Assembly: GCF_021028975.2 (NCBI RefSeq)
Contig: NC_059431.1
Span: forward strand, 30,566,001-30,630,000
Reading direction: 5' to 3'
Length of the DNA stretch: 64,000 nt
Source of the DNA: Sphaerodactylus townsendi
Taxonomy: Eukaryota
Shown here: positions 20,383-34,179 of the stretch, one piece after another
Numbering within the stretch: the stretch's first letter is position 1
Layout: each line of letters opens with the position of its first letter
Position numbers and translations under genes: made by a program
Notes under the pieces: generated by a model
What the model was told of the DNA's origin: nothing
Databases searched by the model: none
The model's input: the letters and a program-made list of their open reading frames with translations, nothing else

Positions 20383-23300
20383 AAAGAAACAGAGTTAACT
20401 TTATAACTTCAGATGTATGTGCTCAAGCAATGGCTATCTGACTGACCAAGAGCTAGTCAATAGATCAGGTCATAAACAGTGACTTCAGCAACTTGTTTAC
20501 ATACAGTGAACCCTTTTATAACTGAGTTGTGACAGACACTTGTAAAATCCCAACAAGTTTGGACAGACGTTGCGGGTTGATATTATTCCGAAATAGTACA
20601 GAGAGCAAATTTTGGGGTCTGCAGGAAATTTCTTCTGGCCTATAGTGTGCGCCACTGCTTCTGAGCAAGTCAAAGAGTAGATGGCAGTTGATTCAAATTG
20701 GTTGGATGATTAAAGAGAATCCCCACCCCTCAACAGCCTGAGGCAAACACACAGCCAACAACAAAGGAACATCACACACAGACAAAAGCTTCCCCAAGCC
20801 CTCAAAAAAAAAAACCACACAAGCCCTCAAAAACACACACACCAGATAAGGATTGAACTTTAAGGATAGCCCACACACACACACACACAAAACCAGAGCA
20901 CACCTTTTTCTCACTCTTTTTCCCCCTAGTCTCAGAGCACAATCTGTGTTGCTGCTACTGAGCAAGTCAAAAATCTTGAATGGCAATGCAGAATCTGCTG
21001 CACAAAGTGTAACAGTGAACACAGTACTTTTAGAAAAAATAGTTGAGGAAATTAGCAGGCTGGAGCATCATACGGCCTGAAAAAGTGGTGATGAACAACA
21101 TCCCCAGAATTTCCAATAAGTGTTCTTCAAATCAAGAACTCCCCTTTTTTGCTGCAACATTTGTCCTATCTTGCTAGCCCAAAAGATGCATCACATCTAG
21201 TTTATTTTTAAATGCCTCACTGGGTTGGAGATCACTGCAATTTCCCTTTCTCATAGAGTTTCTCATTTGCAGTATTTTATGTACGAGAACAAATGACAAT
21301 ATCACAGCCCGCTGTAGTAATTCATTTCTGATGGCTCATTGGCGCACGTATCTTGTTTAAGGATGCTGGTGTCGATCAACACTGACTATAGATTTGTGAA
21401 TCAGCACATGAGTTTGCTGTTTGGAACAAGGCCATGTGGGTGCAGCTGTGAGCAGCGTACCATTTATATAAAGCAAATCCAAAACACTTAACTGTGATTA
21501 AAGCCATGGCTCTGTCCTCCTCTACCACAAAACAAAAAGCTCCCTCGAATTGTGTTGACATGGTTGAAGTTGCTGAGCTGCGTACACACAAATGGCTTAG
21601 CCCCAGAGCCATAAGCACAGGGCTGCCTTTAAGCAGCACCCCTGGAGGTGATGGTACGTATTAATCAGGTCCCAGAAATGGCTTCTTAAAAGCACTTGAA
21701 GTACTGTATTTTCTTCACGGTCATTTCCTTAAATCACACAGTACATTAACTGACTAAAGCAGTCGTGCTTTCTCAGCTGCAAAGGAAAGTAAACAACACT
21801 ACTCCACACTTTCCCAAGCTTTGCTTCTCAAACAAGAAAAAGTGTAGAGGCAATTCTATAAACCTCAAGTATTACTAGCAAAAAGGATTACTTCATCGTT
21901 TGAGCCACTGGGTGCAGCACCGTAAAATCATACCTTTTGAATAATAACAAAAATAGAACACAGTTGGGCAGCCCAATCCAGATGGCGCCACCCAATCCAT
22001 GGAGAAAATTGTATGGGGCCATGCCAAGCTGTACCCCTTCTGCCACATAAGGGGCAGCGCCACCAGCACAGGGGGCAAACGTGCTGGCCACCAGCTGCCC
22101 CTCTGCTCTGTGGCACCAAAACCCAGAAGTCCAGGGCACCACATGAAGGGACATGTCGGGGTGTTCCCATAGGCAGAGCCAATGTTGGTTGGCTTCCATT
22201 GGTGTTCCAGCCAGGGAATGCTAGCCCCCATAGACTTATGCCAAAGTTTTGTGTGACATAAGCTATTCAAGTCAATGGGGTGATTCAGGCAGTGGAAGAA
22301 ATTTCAAATTTTGTCCCTGCTGTGCTGCTGAAAGTCCTTTTGGATGCAGCATGGCACTGCCTTTACCGCGCTGGTTCTGCCTGCTGTGGCAAACAGAATC
22401 ATGCTAATAGTCTCTAAGGTACAAAATAGACAAAATTCAGTTAAACCTTTCAAAAAAGAAAATGGAACAGGGAAAACAGATTTGGGCCTATATGGTTTTT
22501 GCTCTGTGGATCTCTCAAGACCTTCCAAATAGGAATAACTCTTTTGACGTTCAAACATCCTGGCATATTGATTAACATTAGGCGTTTTTTAAAAACTCAA
22601 GTTTGGGTCTACTTTTAAAACAGGTAAGAAATAAATTGCAGCATCCCAATGGACCAGTGAAATAGATCAGGAAGAATCTGAAAGCTAAGCCAACCTTAGT
22701 TTTGCAAAGAACCAGATCCGGAATGAACCAGCCCTGAAATGTTAAGACCGCTTCTACAGAGATTAGTTATTTTCAAATATAGGATTCTTCGGAAGTTTTA
22801 TCAGGAAGTACTTACTGAGAGTGCCATCAATAGCAGGCAAGCTTACTTGAAAGACAGCCTACTTGTCCACTGCCACAATGTGCTGATGAAGGAGAACATT
22901 AGGCATGTGTGATATGGCACTGATGTACTGGACAAGGCCAAAAGATACCTGTGAATTACAAAATGCTACAGGATTTGTTGCAGTGCACTGGGGTTCTCTA
23001 GCAATCATGTATGTCTTTACTGATAGATGCATCTAGTGGAAAAGTAGCTTGATGGTGGAAACTTTGGAGGCTGTTGATAGCAGACAATTGTTTTGTTCAC
23101 CATGCTCCAAGTGACAGAACACAGGACAAACTGTTCGGTAATCATAGAGGCTTGGATTTAAATATATGGTTCTTCCAATGGAAAGGCACTCATGATAGAG
23201 AAATGCACTGACATTTGCAAAGGAAGAGAGTTATTAACTTACCAATTCCCTCTCCCACTACAGACTCCTGCCGTCACCCTTATCCTTTTTATGATTCCTT

Positions 23301-26300
23301 TGAATTCCTCTGAGCAAAACTGTAGGGGTTCAATGAGATGTAGTAGAAAGGAGGACGTGGGAACGTCCATTTTACTAGCATTGCCCCAATTTCAGTAATT
23401 TGGATCCAAAGCAGAGGATTTTAACATGCAAATGTATCGTTGAAGGGTTAATGTGTAAACTTCACTGAATTTTCTCTGGCTGCTACTTTTATCAACACTG
23501 CACTGTTGAACCCAATCATGGTCTTTTATCAAACTAGCCCTTGCATCAGTTCTTCATAAACTGTGCATCTCTTCCTTCAAGTACAAATGTACAATATTTA
23601 TTTTTCTCGTTGCCCTCTTCTATAATAGCAGTCCTCTGCAAGATGGCAACCATAGTCAATCAGGCATTCTATGCTACATGAACTTGATACTCAAATGATT
23701 CATGTTGCTGATATTATAAATTGAAATCCATCACCTGCATTGCTTTTTACCCAGGCACTGGTATATCAAAACCATCTTCAATTACTAGAAAAAAATATCA
23801 TTTCAAAAAGTACTCTGATGATATTTGCTTTTGGCCACTGCTTTCACTTTTATTCATGGTATAGAAGTTTAGGACTTGGTTAGGCTTTGCTAACTTTGGA
23901 CTTGGATCAGTTGCTGTATTTAAGTCCAATTGACCCTCCCCCGAGTTAAATTATGTCCATTGCATTGCACATAAAGACGAAGGGTGTTTTATTATATCTT
24001 GCCAGGCCATTTAAAAGAAAGCTACATATAACCTAAAATACATACAAACAGAAATTAAAATAGATGGTGACAATTATTTTAAACCATTTCACGGATCGCA
24101 AGAACGCCTTACCAAGATAAACTAAAAATGAGCCTAAAGCATCCCTAGCAATCTCCTGCACTTGATAAGTGGAAGGCTTCAGACACAATGGCACAAAACT
24201 TCACAACTTGTCTGATCACTGGAGGATTTTTGTCAGAGAGTTTTTCAATCTTGATTTTTTCAGAAAGTTCTGACGGTTTTATCCAGCAAAGGCCTGATAA
24301 ATTTTGATCAAGTCATATTGTGAAGAGGACGTCTAAAAATACACATTCCAGGGTTTCCACCTTCCCAGACTTCCATGGACAGACTCTCAAAGCCCGAGGA
24401 ATCTTTTGAAGTACTGCATATGGATTTAACGAGCGCAATTAAAGAGAGGCTTCCCTCTTTCTGTCCACTTACACACTGCTGATCAAACCATTCTTTGGTG
24501 TGAGCAAAAGCTTGTATCATCAAAATAAATATCAGTGCCTATCCCAAGACACGTACAATTAAAAACTTTGTTTATTGGTAGTCATGGAGAACAGGGGTTG
24601 CCAGTTAACCAAATATTTCAGTTAACAAAGTTAACAAAGTTTTTACCCGGGATCAGAAGAGCAGCAGCAAGCGGGCAAGCAGCCGTGCCCAGGACTTGGC
24701 AGCTTTCTCAACAATGCTGCCCTCCTGCAACTACCCCACCTATGCCACTGTTTTCCCAGCAGCAATGAGAGAGTGGCAGTGTCAAGCAGGCAGCATGCAA
24801 GTGACCTGGGTGGGCACTTGGGTAAGGGTAGCCAGCCTCCAGATTGTACATTGAGATCACCTGTTATTCCAACTGATTTCTGAATAACAGCAATTACTTT
24901 CACTGGAGAAAATGGTTGCTTTAGAAGGTGGACTCTGTGGTATATTACCCCACTTTGGTCCCTCCTCTACTTATCCCCCCCAAGTTTCCCAGGCTCCACC
25001 CCCAAAATCTCAAGGAAATTCCCAACCCAGAGCTGGAAGCTCTACCCTGGGCCCTGTGTATGTCAGTTAACTGAGCTGTCCAATTAACCAAGTGCCAGTT
25101 AACAAAGCTTTTAATGTATTCACCTTTGCGCACCAGCCCACCTAACCTCTCTTATTTTTCTCTCTTTAAAAAATTAGGCTGTAATTTTAAATAAGTACCC
25201 AAAAAAAGAGATTATTCTTCTAATCCTCCTATCTCGCTGACACTTGAGGCAAATTATAAAATTAATAAATAATGTAACAGCACAAAACAAACAATTACCA
25301 TAATCCATTTTCATTCTACATTATCCACACGGGACAGATAATTTGAAGCAGCATATATTTACAAATACGCAGTAACTAGGGCTGAGTTGAAACGGGAAGG
25401 TGAATTTAAAAAAAAAACACCAAACAAACCCTCTTCATTGCTGTTAAAATAGGACCACAGCTTTTTAGCAGAGAGGAGGGGGCGGGGCTAATAAAAATTA
25501 TGTAGTTAGGGTTTGACAGTTAAAATAATCTGACATTATCCAGAATTGCTCCCATGAGCAGTTTTGGGAAAACCGTCTTCATTCTAAATGGGAGTCATTT
25601 GCCATACAACTTAGCCATACAACAGTGGTTTCTAAACTTTTTGCTGTCACACCTCCCTTGGATCTTATGACCCACATCTCCTAAATTTTAGGCTGGGTGA
25701 GTTTGCATTTTTAGGGTTTAAAAATCCAGAGCCGTTTCTTCATCCAGACCCTGATATTTATTTTCAGTTTTCTGGAAATAAATTTTGATAATTTTGTGTA
25801 TATAAAATATAGATAAAATAATTTACAGTTGCGAGGCCACTCACACCTGTCCTGGGGTCTATCTATACCACCTCGTCTTCATCCCCCTCCCTCTCCCCCA
25901 AGGGTGGATGGGGCATGGCTAGATGATGGGCCCCCTTCCCTCACCCTCCCTTCCCCTCCCCTTCCCAACCCCTCCCCCAGAGTTCACTATTTTCTGTGAC
26001 TAATGTAGTATCATCAGCATATCTCAAATTGTTATCCTCCTCCTTCCTTTTCACTGTGCCTTCATCTAAAAATCTATTTCAATTTTCTTTATATGTTTTG
26101 CATACAGATTGAGGAGATAAAATGCATCCTTGCCTAATACATTTGCCAATTGGAAATCATTCCGATTCTTCATATCTGTCTTAATAGTAGCTTCCCTTTT
26201 TTAAAAAACTAGCCAGAGCTTACATGACTTATACAGTCAATAGCTTTGTTGTAATCTATGAAACACAAGCTGATCGGCTTCTGAAAATTTCTTGTGCACT

Positions 26301-26387
26301 CCAGTAACAAATTTGCAATATGATCTCTAGTGCCTCTTCCTTTTCTGAATCCTGCTTGAACATCAGGCATTTCTTGTTCTATATACA

Positions 26388-27312
26388 CAGGGGTGTGGCT
26401 TCAAAAAATGGCACTCAGGGCAAGCACTGAAATTGCCCCCTCAGGCTCTGTTGCCCCAGCATAGCCTCCACAGTGAAGTAGTGGAGTCCGAGGGTGGGGG
26501 GAGATGCTGAGCCANNNNNNNNNNNNNNNNNNNNNNNNNNNNNNNNNNNNNNNNNNNNNNNNNNNNNNNNNNNNNNNNNNNNNNNNNNNNNNNNNNNNNN
26601 NNNNNNNNNNNNNNNNNNNNNNNNNNNNNNNNNNNNNNNNNNNNNNNNNNNNNNNNNNNNNNNNNNNNNNNNNNNNNNNNNNNNNNNNNNNNNNNNNNNN
26701 NNNNNNNNNNNNNNNNNNNNNNTTGCCAATGCAAGCCCTGAGGCTGTTCACACGAACAGCCCTGCTGACTGCACAACTGGCAGAGCAGGCTCTGCATGGC
26801 TGTGCAGCCCCCCAAATGCTTCCTTACCTCCTCCTGGCTTCCATCGCTCCATGGAGGCCAGGGGACATACCCCCATGGCCAGAGCGATGACTGCAGGGAT
26901 GGAGGCCAGGAGGCATGTCCCCTGGCCTCCAAAGAGCAACCAGGCAGCCAGGAGGAGATAAGAAGACATTTGGAGCCGGTGCAGGGAAAACGCCGCCTCC
27001 CACCCGCTGCCATTCCCATGGCAGCAGGTGGAAGACGCCACTTTTGAAAAACCTCGCTACCCGAACGAGGTTCAAAAGCAGCATTTTCACGCTGCTTGGG
27101 CGGCACGAACACAGCTGTGTGAACAGCGCCCCAGGGATGGTGTTTTTACCATCCCTAGGGTGCTGTTATTGGGCTGTGCAGAAACAGCCTGAGGCAGGGC
27201 TGCAGAGGTTACACTGGGGCATCAAATTACATGAACCAGATTCCATGTAGGGTTCTGCCTGCACCCCTGCCCAAGGAGCAAACCCAACCCCGCCCCTTTG
27301 GTTACACATCTG
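26388..27312. mobile_element. Non-autonomous hAT element spanning an assembly gap, with a probable nested TIR element (~26741-27130)
   Basis: Ends caggggtgtggc / gttacacatctg. Flanks tatataca / catataca (7/8 match). Confidence 0.6.
26515..26722. other. Assembly gap
   Basis: Run of N. Confidence 1.
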
Positions 27313-27822
27313 CATATACATCTGTAATAAGATTGTAAGCATCACTTTACACACGAGAAATTAATGCGATGGTCCACTAGATGCTGCAATCTTTGACATC
27401 TCATTTTGTGGAAATTGGAATGTAAATTGACCATTTCCAGTCTGTGGGTCATTGATTTGTTTTCCATATTAGTTGGCATATTTTTGTCAAGATTTTGATG
27501 GACTCCATTTCTGTGGCTTGGAATAGCTTTTCTGATATCCCATCTGCTCCGGGTGATTTTTTTTTCTCCCAATTTTTCTCTGTGCAGCTTTTACTTCACT
27601 TTCTAAAACTGTGGGTTCTTCTTCAAAAGATTCTTCTTGGAAGGAATCTGTCATACATCCATTTCCGTACAGTTCTTCAGTATATTGCTCCTTTTCATTA
27701 TTTTGTCCACTTCAGTTAATATGTTTTCATGCTTTAAATTTCCCTTTGATTTCTTGGATCTTGTGGATTAGATCTCTTGGACTTTCTTTTTGTTGTTCTC
27801 TTCTGTTTCTTTATATTGGTTA

Positions 27823-28990
27823 TGTCATGGGCTGACTGTCAAGGGTGGACAGAAGACAGGGTGCAGCTGATAGATATTTACTGCAGGTTAAACACAGGTC
27901 AGAAATGTCTCTTAAGGCACCTGACAAGGCACTGATTAGAGTACAGTCTGAGAACCAGTAAGCAAGGGTCGTCACAATCCAAAAGCAGGTCCAGGGGGCA
28001 AAGTCCAAGGGTCGTTACTGGAAACCAGGCTTTTCTGAGAAATTCATGGAACCGAAGCAGAGTAGCCATCAAGTTGACGAATTGCCTTCTGCAAAAACAC
28101 ACCAGCTGTGAGCTGTCTCTTATCAGCATGAGGGCGGAAATGCTGTAGGAATGTTTCTGCAGGGAGCTGATCCTGCTAGTAATGTACAAATGCTGAGCAG
28201 CCAGTTGAGCTGATTGTCTCCGCTCAGCTAATTTAAGGCGTAACCATTGGTGATGCTGCTCTAAAGGGGTGGGTGAACCAGGAGGACTGTTTGCAGAGGC
28301 GAAGTTGGGCCAAACTGTGCCCGGTGCACATTCTACATTTTCTGCCCCCCATGCCCCCCACAGCCACCCCCACGCCACCCTTCCTTTCCCCTTCCCACAC
28401 TTACCTTAGTTCCTTTCCTTTTTTCAGAATTTTTTCAGGCTGCAAAAGGCCTGTTCTCAGTAAAAACTGCCTGAGGAACTATACTTCCCAGGAGACCTTG
28501 TAAGCCCCAAAGTCTCCTGGGAATTGTAGTTCCTCAGGCTGTTTTTACTGAGAACAGGCCTTTTGCAGCCTGAAAAAGTTTTGAAAAAGGAAAGGAACTA
28601 AGGTAAGTGTGGGAAGGGAGGTGAGGGGGCATGGGGGGGTTGGGGGTGCCACAGGGGGGTGCCACGGGGAGGAAGGGGGAAGGGCCTGGGGCAATTTTTG
28701 CACCCCCAGGCGTGTACCCAGTGCATGGCGCACCCCTCCTGCCCCCTTGTAGTTCCGCAACTGACTGTTTGCTTGTGGTGCTAAGGGTGGACTCTGAGGA
28801 AGTCCTAACTTCGAGGGCCCCGCAGAGGACTCTGGATCAACAGCTGGTTCATCCTCTTCTGATGAACAGCTGCTCTCACACCTCCCACTCCTGAAACATC
28901 TTTTCGCTGTTAGTGGGGGGATTAACAGGGTTGTGTGGTAGGCTGCTTTCATCTTTGCTGTCTGATGCAGAGGAAGAACCGATCATGACA
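27823..28990. mobile_element. Solo LTR (Gypsy/ERV type) containing a hAT MITE
   Basis: Termini tgtcatg..catgaca. Perfect 5-bp TSD ggtta at 27818-27822 and 28991-28995. Confidence 0.8.
28294..28763. mobile_element. hAT MITE with long internal palindrome
   Basis: 8-bp TSD actgtttg at 28286-28293 and 28764-28771, with cag..ctg ends. Internal arms ~28389-28497 and ~28511-28619 are reverse complements. Confidence 0.85.
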
Positions 28991-29239
28991 GGTTATTATA
29001 ATACTTCTTTTTGTCTATGTGTGCAAGTTGCTGGAAGGCGGCATTTAAACTTTTGATTCTGTTTCTGTCACATTTACTTTCGCTTACAGCGTCTCTTCAC
29101 CAATTTAAAGAGTTTCCTCAGTCATCCTTTGGGGCTTTTCATTTCTTTTGCCTGCAAGAATAGTCTTTGCACATTCTGCTCTGATGATATCTCTAGTTTC
29201 AACCCATAGTTCTTCTAGTTTACATTCACTTGAAAATTC

Positions 29240-30105
29240 TCTCCAATCCATATTTTTCCATAAAATTATGGGATTACCTAACTGTGTCCCTTATGCAGCC
29301 CTATGTTTGGAACTTGGGCAAAATTCCTTGGAAACTTAAAGCCTGGCTTAGAGCTTTTAGATTTTGGCTGCGTCTTCATTATCTTCCATCTGAACATTCC
29401 CTTGTTTCCTTAATCCTCTCAGACACACAGGCTAACCCCTGGTTTTCTCTGATTGAAAATAAAATTGTATCTATTGGATTGTCTCTTGAATCACTCTACT
29501 CTCTTTCCTGCTCAGAAGTGTACAAACTACTCAAAGACCGACTCTTTGGGAATTTGCAGAACAATATCTAGCAGCTAAAAGAACTTGCTCTCCCACACAA
29601 TTTTTAATCCCATTTGAGCAGGGTCGCATGGCCCACTACTTATATTTTCTAACTAACCCCTGCTCAAGGAGCATTTCCTCTACCAAATTGCTAGATTCAA
29701 ATGTCATGCCATCTGTCTTACTACTTACATGGTGCAGGTGGTTTAATAACCTTGGGAAAAAATCTAAAAAGGTTGGTATGTAGCTGTAATTTAACGTGAA
29801 GTTGAAACACTGGCTCACCAGCTATTACATTGCGCTAAATTTGCTAAAATTAGATCTAAATATGTCAATCTACATCCTCTCTTCCAATCTGAGTTAACAT
29901 ATTTGATTAGATTATTTCTCTTGTTGAATAACTCTGATTCTGTTTTTTGTGAAGAGCTTCTGCAGTGTTTTGTTATGGAAATAACCAGAGCCAAAGTAAA
30001 ATTAAATATGTATTTATCTGAGGTTATCCTTTTTGCCTTTAAAATTTTTATGTTTGCTGTGTTTTGTTGCTGTTGTTCTATTTATGCCAATAAAGGCTTT
30101 GCTTT
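29240..30105 (+). mobile_element. Non-LTR retrotransposon 3' fragment (RTE-X-like)
   Basis: Frames IMGLPNCVPYAALCLELG and KAWLRAFRFWLRL. Ends tatgccaataaagg. Confidence 0.55.
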
Positions 30106-31321
30106 GCTCATTCACTTGAACTCTATAGCCATCACCATTGGAACTGTCTGTTCTCTTCTGCTGATGTGGCCGTTTATACTTGAATTGTGTGGATGCATTT
30201 TAGTCTCGTGTCTAAGCTGTAACTATTCCATCTTGAGTGAATCTGCTAGGAGTTCAGGCTCTTGATAGAGCCTTATGGTATTGTTGCCAGCTTTGCTGAC
30301 ACACATTACTCCCCCCACACACAGGGGAAATACAGAGTTTCCTGTGGTTTAATATTGCCAAATTGCTTTGGTTGTGATTGTAAAGTAGAGTTTTATACAA
30401 GTTTGCTGATTTCACTCTAAGGTTATTTCTTAAAGTATATTTTGTGTTTTTTAAGTTATTTTTCATAAGCTGCTTTGTTGGTCTATTTGACCACATAACT
30501 GTCATAAGGGTCAATTTGTCAATCAAATAATAAACTTAAGAAGCTAGGATGACTTAACTCTAAAACACAAAGTTAAATCTCAGTCATAGAACCTTAGCTG
30601 AAATAGTACGTTTTTATAACTAATAATTCAAGGCCAATCTGGCTGGCCAACATCTTCCAGTTAAATACATAAATCTTGCCTGCAATGAAAAATACTCACA
30701 TGACTGATAGTGCAATTAAGGTTTTTTTTCATTAAAACAATCCTTTAAATCTCAAATAAATATTCTACACACAAATCAAGGAGAACGGCATAATTGGCTC
30801 AACATGACCTTTATATTTGTCAGTCCAGACAAATTCATAAAATAAATTGAAACCAAGGGAATGATCCATCACTTTCAGCACATGGCAACAGGACTTTGTA
30901 AATGGTAGAAGATTCTTCTGTAAGCACCAACAGAGCCTTTTATATCCTCCCCAAGCACTGGCCATGCATACTACAAGTTACACTGCAGTGACCCCACTAT
31001 TTTTTCCCAATAGGAATAGGGTTGGCAACTTCAGCCTGGAAATTCTTGAAGATTTCGGGGCTGTGCTGCAGGGGGGGGGGGTTGAGGAGGGGTTTTACCT
31101 AGGATCTGTGATATACACTACAGAGCCCACCCTTCAAAGCTGCCATTTTCTCTAAGAGAACTGATCTCTGTAAACTGGAAATCAGTTGCAATTCCAGTAG
31201 AACCTGAAACCGCTCCCAGAGGTTGGCAAACCTAAATGAGAGATACCTGTCATAAATATATCCAATAGCCTCACTCTTTCTCAAGGCTTGTACACACAAG
31301 GATACTTAAGTTCTATGCTAT

Positions 31322-31848
31322 TAAGAACATAAGAACATAAGAACAAGCCAGCTGGATCAGACCAGAGTCCATCTAATCCAGCTCTCTGCTACCCGCAGTG
31401 GCCCACCAGGTGCCATTGGGAGCTCACATGCAGGATGTGAAAGCAACGGCCTTCTGCGGCTGTTGCTCCCGAGCACCTGGACCGTTAAGGCATTTGCAGT
31501 CTCAGATCCAAGAGGATCAAGATTGGTAGCCATAAATCGACTTCTTCTCCATAAATCTGTCCAAGCCCCTTTTAAAGCTATCCAGGTTAGTGGCCATCAC
31601 CACCTCCTGTGGCAGCATATTCCAAACACCAATCACACGTTGCGTGAAGAAGTGTTTCCTTTTATTAGTCCTAATTCTTCCCCCCAGCATTTTCAATGGA
31701 TGCCCCCTGGTTCTAGTATTGTGAGAAAGAGAGAAAAATTTCTCTCTGTCAACATTTTCTACCCCATGCATAATTTTATAGACTTCAATCATATCCCCCC
31801 TCAGCCGCCTCCTCTCCAAACTAAAGAGTCCCAAACCTGCAGCCTCTC
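31322..31848 (-). mobile_element. CR1 3' fragment, same subfamily as 3414-7177
   Basis: Clean [33 protein letters not shown]. 3' UTR nearly identical to 6975-7177. (TTCTTATG)n tail. Confidence 0.95.
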
Positions 31849-32731
31849 CATGTTCATGCTAACATATTCATGTTCCCCTGGTGGTCAGAAATTCTGTTAA
31901 CTAACTGTGCTTCAATAACCATTCTGGTCTTACAAATCATTTAACTGTGCAGTTTGCTGCAGTTAATTCAAGGCCAAGTGATTGACTAATATCCTCACTG
32001 AACAAAATATAGTTTGGGCAGGCAGGAGTTACACTCCAACAGTGCTTTTTAAAAATGGCATTCCAGTTATGTAAATAATAGGAAAGAACCTCCACCATCT
32101 ATCAATTCACAGATACTTAATGCAATTCTTAACTGATTTAACAGTACTGGATTTTGGGATGGCACTGATTGAAATCTCCAAGATATACAGTATTCAAAGG
32201 TGAATGTCAGACAAAGCAGTTAAGTATGGCTCAAATTGATAAAGAGTTTTAAAATAGTTAATCTGGTGGGAAAACATGATTGCTGCCATGTTCAGAGAAT
32301 AGACACTTGTAAAAAGGCTATGCGTTTTCTATATATCTAGATACAATTTTACATTTAATAAATATTTTAGGTTCAAAAGCCAAATTTTGTGCTGGGCTTC
32401 CACCACGTTCATTTACCCCAATCTTCTTTAGCAGTCTTTTAAACAAATTAAAAGCTCCAACTGTTCGACTGCCTTTAGATCATGCTCTGTTTTATGTACT
32501 TTGATATGTCGATTTAATTAGTCTTGTTAACAAGATGAACCATGCTGAGTCTTCAGTGACTACTATCACGTCTCTGAAGTGCCTTGCAACAAACTTCCTC
32601 TGATCCTTTAATAGCTTTTATTACAAGGTGCAATGAGTATTCAAAAGTATTCCAGATGACTAAAAATCACCCATATAATATACCAGCATAACAGAATCTA
32701 CAGTGTTAGGCCGTAAGAAGGCGTACAAACT

Positions 32732-32734
<3 letters not shown>

Positions 32735-32779
<45 letters not shown>
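32735..32779. repeat. (TG)n microsatellite
   Basis: Directly visible. Confidence 0.95.
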
Positions 32780-32782
<3 letters not shown>

Positions 32783-33149
32783 GCTAACTTAACTTGGTTG
32801 CAGTTTTATTCGTTGGAACAACTCTGATATTTCAATTAAGGTACAGAAGCATTTTCATTTTCCAGTTGCATTATTTTGGCAGCTAGCAACAATTTGCTTC
32901 CAGGACCCATGCTAACTAAATTACAACCAAAAATATTTTAAAATGCTTCCTACCCAACATCTTTTGTGTAACTGTCAAAATCTGGAGAACACGGTATAGA
33001 ATGCAATACACCTCCTTTATTATTGTTCCCCAAAGGAGGTTTGTATGACATGCCAGGCAAAGAGGATGAAAATGTTTGCAACAATCAAATAACATAGAAA
33101 ACCCCAAGACATGCCTGATGGTCCTTGCTATAAGCTAGAAGGGGGGGGG

Positions 33150-33510
33150 GGGGTCCCAACCTTTCTGAGCCTAGGGACACATTTAGAATTCTGACATAGG
33201 GTGGTGGAGACAGCCATAAAATAACTGCCACAGGTGATGGTGCCACACACAGAAGAAATGCAAGTTCAGGGGAGAAAAATATTTAAAAATTCGCTGAAGG
33301 AGAGAGAAAGAATAAAATAAACACCATGGTGGCAGCTGCCACTGAAAGCATGTTTTAATCTGCCTAGCCAATCAGATTTTCAGTGGCAAACCAGAATGCC
33401 TGCTAGGCAAGAGTCCCACTTGGCCCCACCCACTTTCTGAAAACGGTAGACACTAGGAGAGATATTGCTGAGTGCCACTGTGTCCAGGGGCATCATGCTG
33501 GGAATCCCTG
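33150..33510. mobile_element. Degraded hAT non-autonomous element
   Basis: ggggtcccaaccttt..gggaatccctg ends. Resembles the outer element at 54770-56258 in reverse orientation. Confidence 0.5.
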
Positions 33511-33539
33511 AAACACAAAGTATATTGCACAAATACACG

Positions 33540-34031
33540 TTCAGCGGAGGCCAATCTTCTGGTAGTCCCTGGCCCCTCAATGATGCGGCTGGCCTCCACT
33601 AGGGCCAGGGCTTTTGCAGCCCTGGCCCCTGCCTGGTGGAACGCTCTTCCTCCAACTGTCCGAGCCCTTCGAGATCTTGGAGAGTTCTGCAGGGCCTGTA
33701 AGACCGAGCTGTTCCACCGGGCCTTTGGAGATGCCAGCCACTGATGGCGCCCCTTCCTTCCTTTTTATCATCTTGGGCCTTCCATTCCCTCTTAAGAGGG
33801 TTTTTTTTAGGTGACCGGACGCTATATTTTTACATTTATATTTTACTTCATTTTGTATGCTGTATTTTAAATGGTTTTAATTTGATGCTTAGAGCCCTTA
33901 TTTTATCTTATATTGTATTTAATTTATTGAGAGGGCTCCTTTTGCTTATTTATGTTATATTGAAATGTTGTACACCGCCCAGAGCCCTCCGGGGGTGGGC
34001 GGTATAAAAGCCAAATAAATAATAGTAGTAT

Positions 34032-34083
<52 letters not shown>

Positions 34084-34095
34084 TGTTGTTGTTGT
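33540..34095 (+). mobile_element. L2 LINE 3' end with (TAG)n/(TTG)n tail
   Basis: RAFAALAPAWWNALP..CKTELF motif, then terminal gagccctccgggggtgggcggtataaa and a microsatellite. Confidence 0.8.
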
Positions 34096-34179
34096 TTGAT
34101 AAACGGTTAAAATAATCTACTGCCTGGAAAGTAACCTGTATGCATATTACACCTGTTTTCTAGTCCACCCATTGGTTAC

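Larger units (their letters stand above)
27330..30530 (-). mobile_element. Degraded L1/Tx1-like LINE remnant hosting later insertions
   Basis: Strongly A-rich minus strand with broken Lys/Glu/Asn-rich frames at 27330-27820, 28996-29240 and 30110-30530. No diagnostic motif. Confidence 0.35.

Noticed and set aside
26401-27112. ORFs containing X runs
   Set aside because: Artefacts of the N gap; the same applies to 61379-61682.
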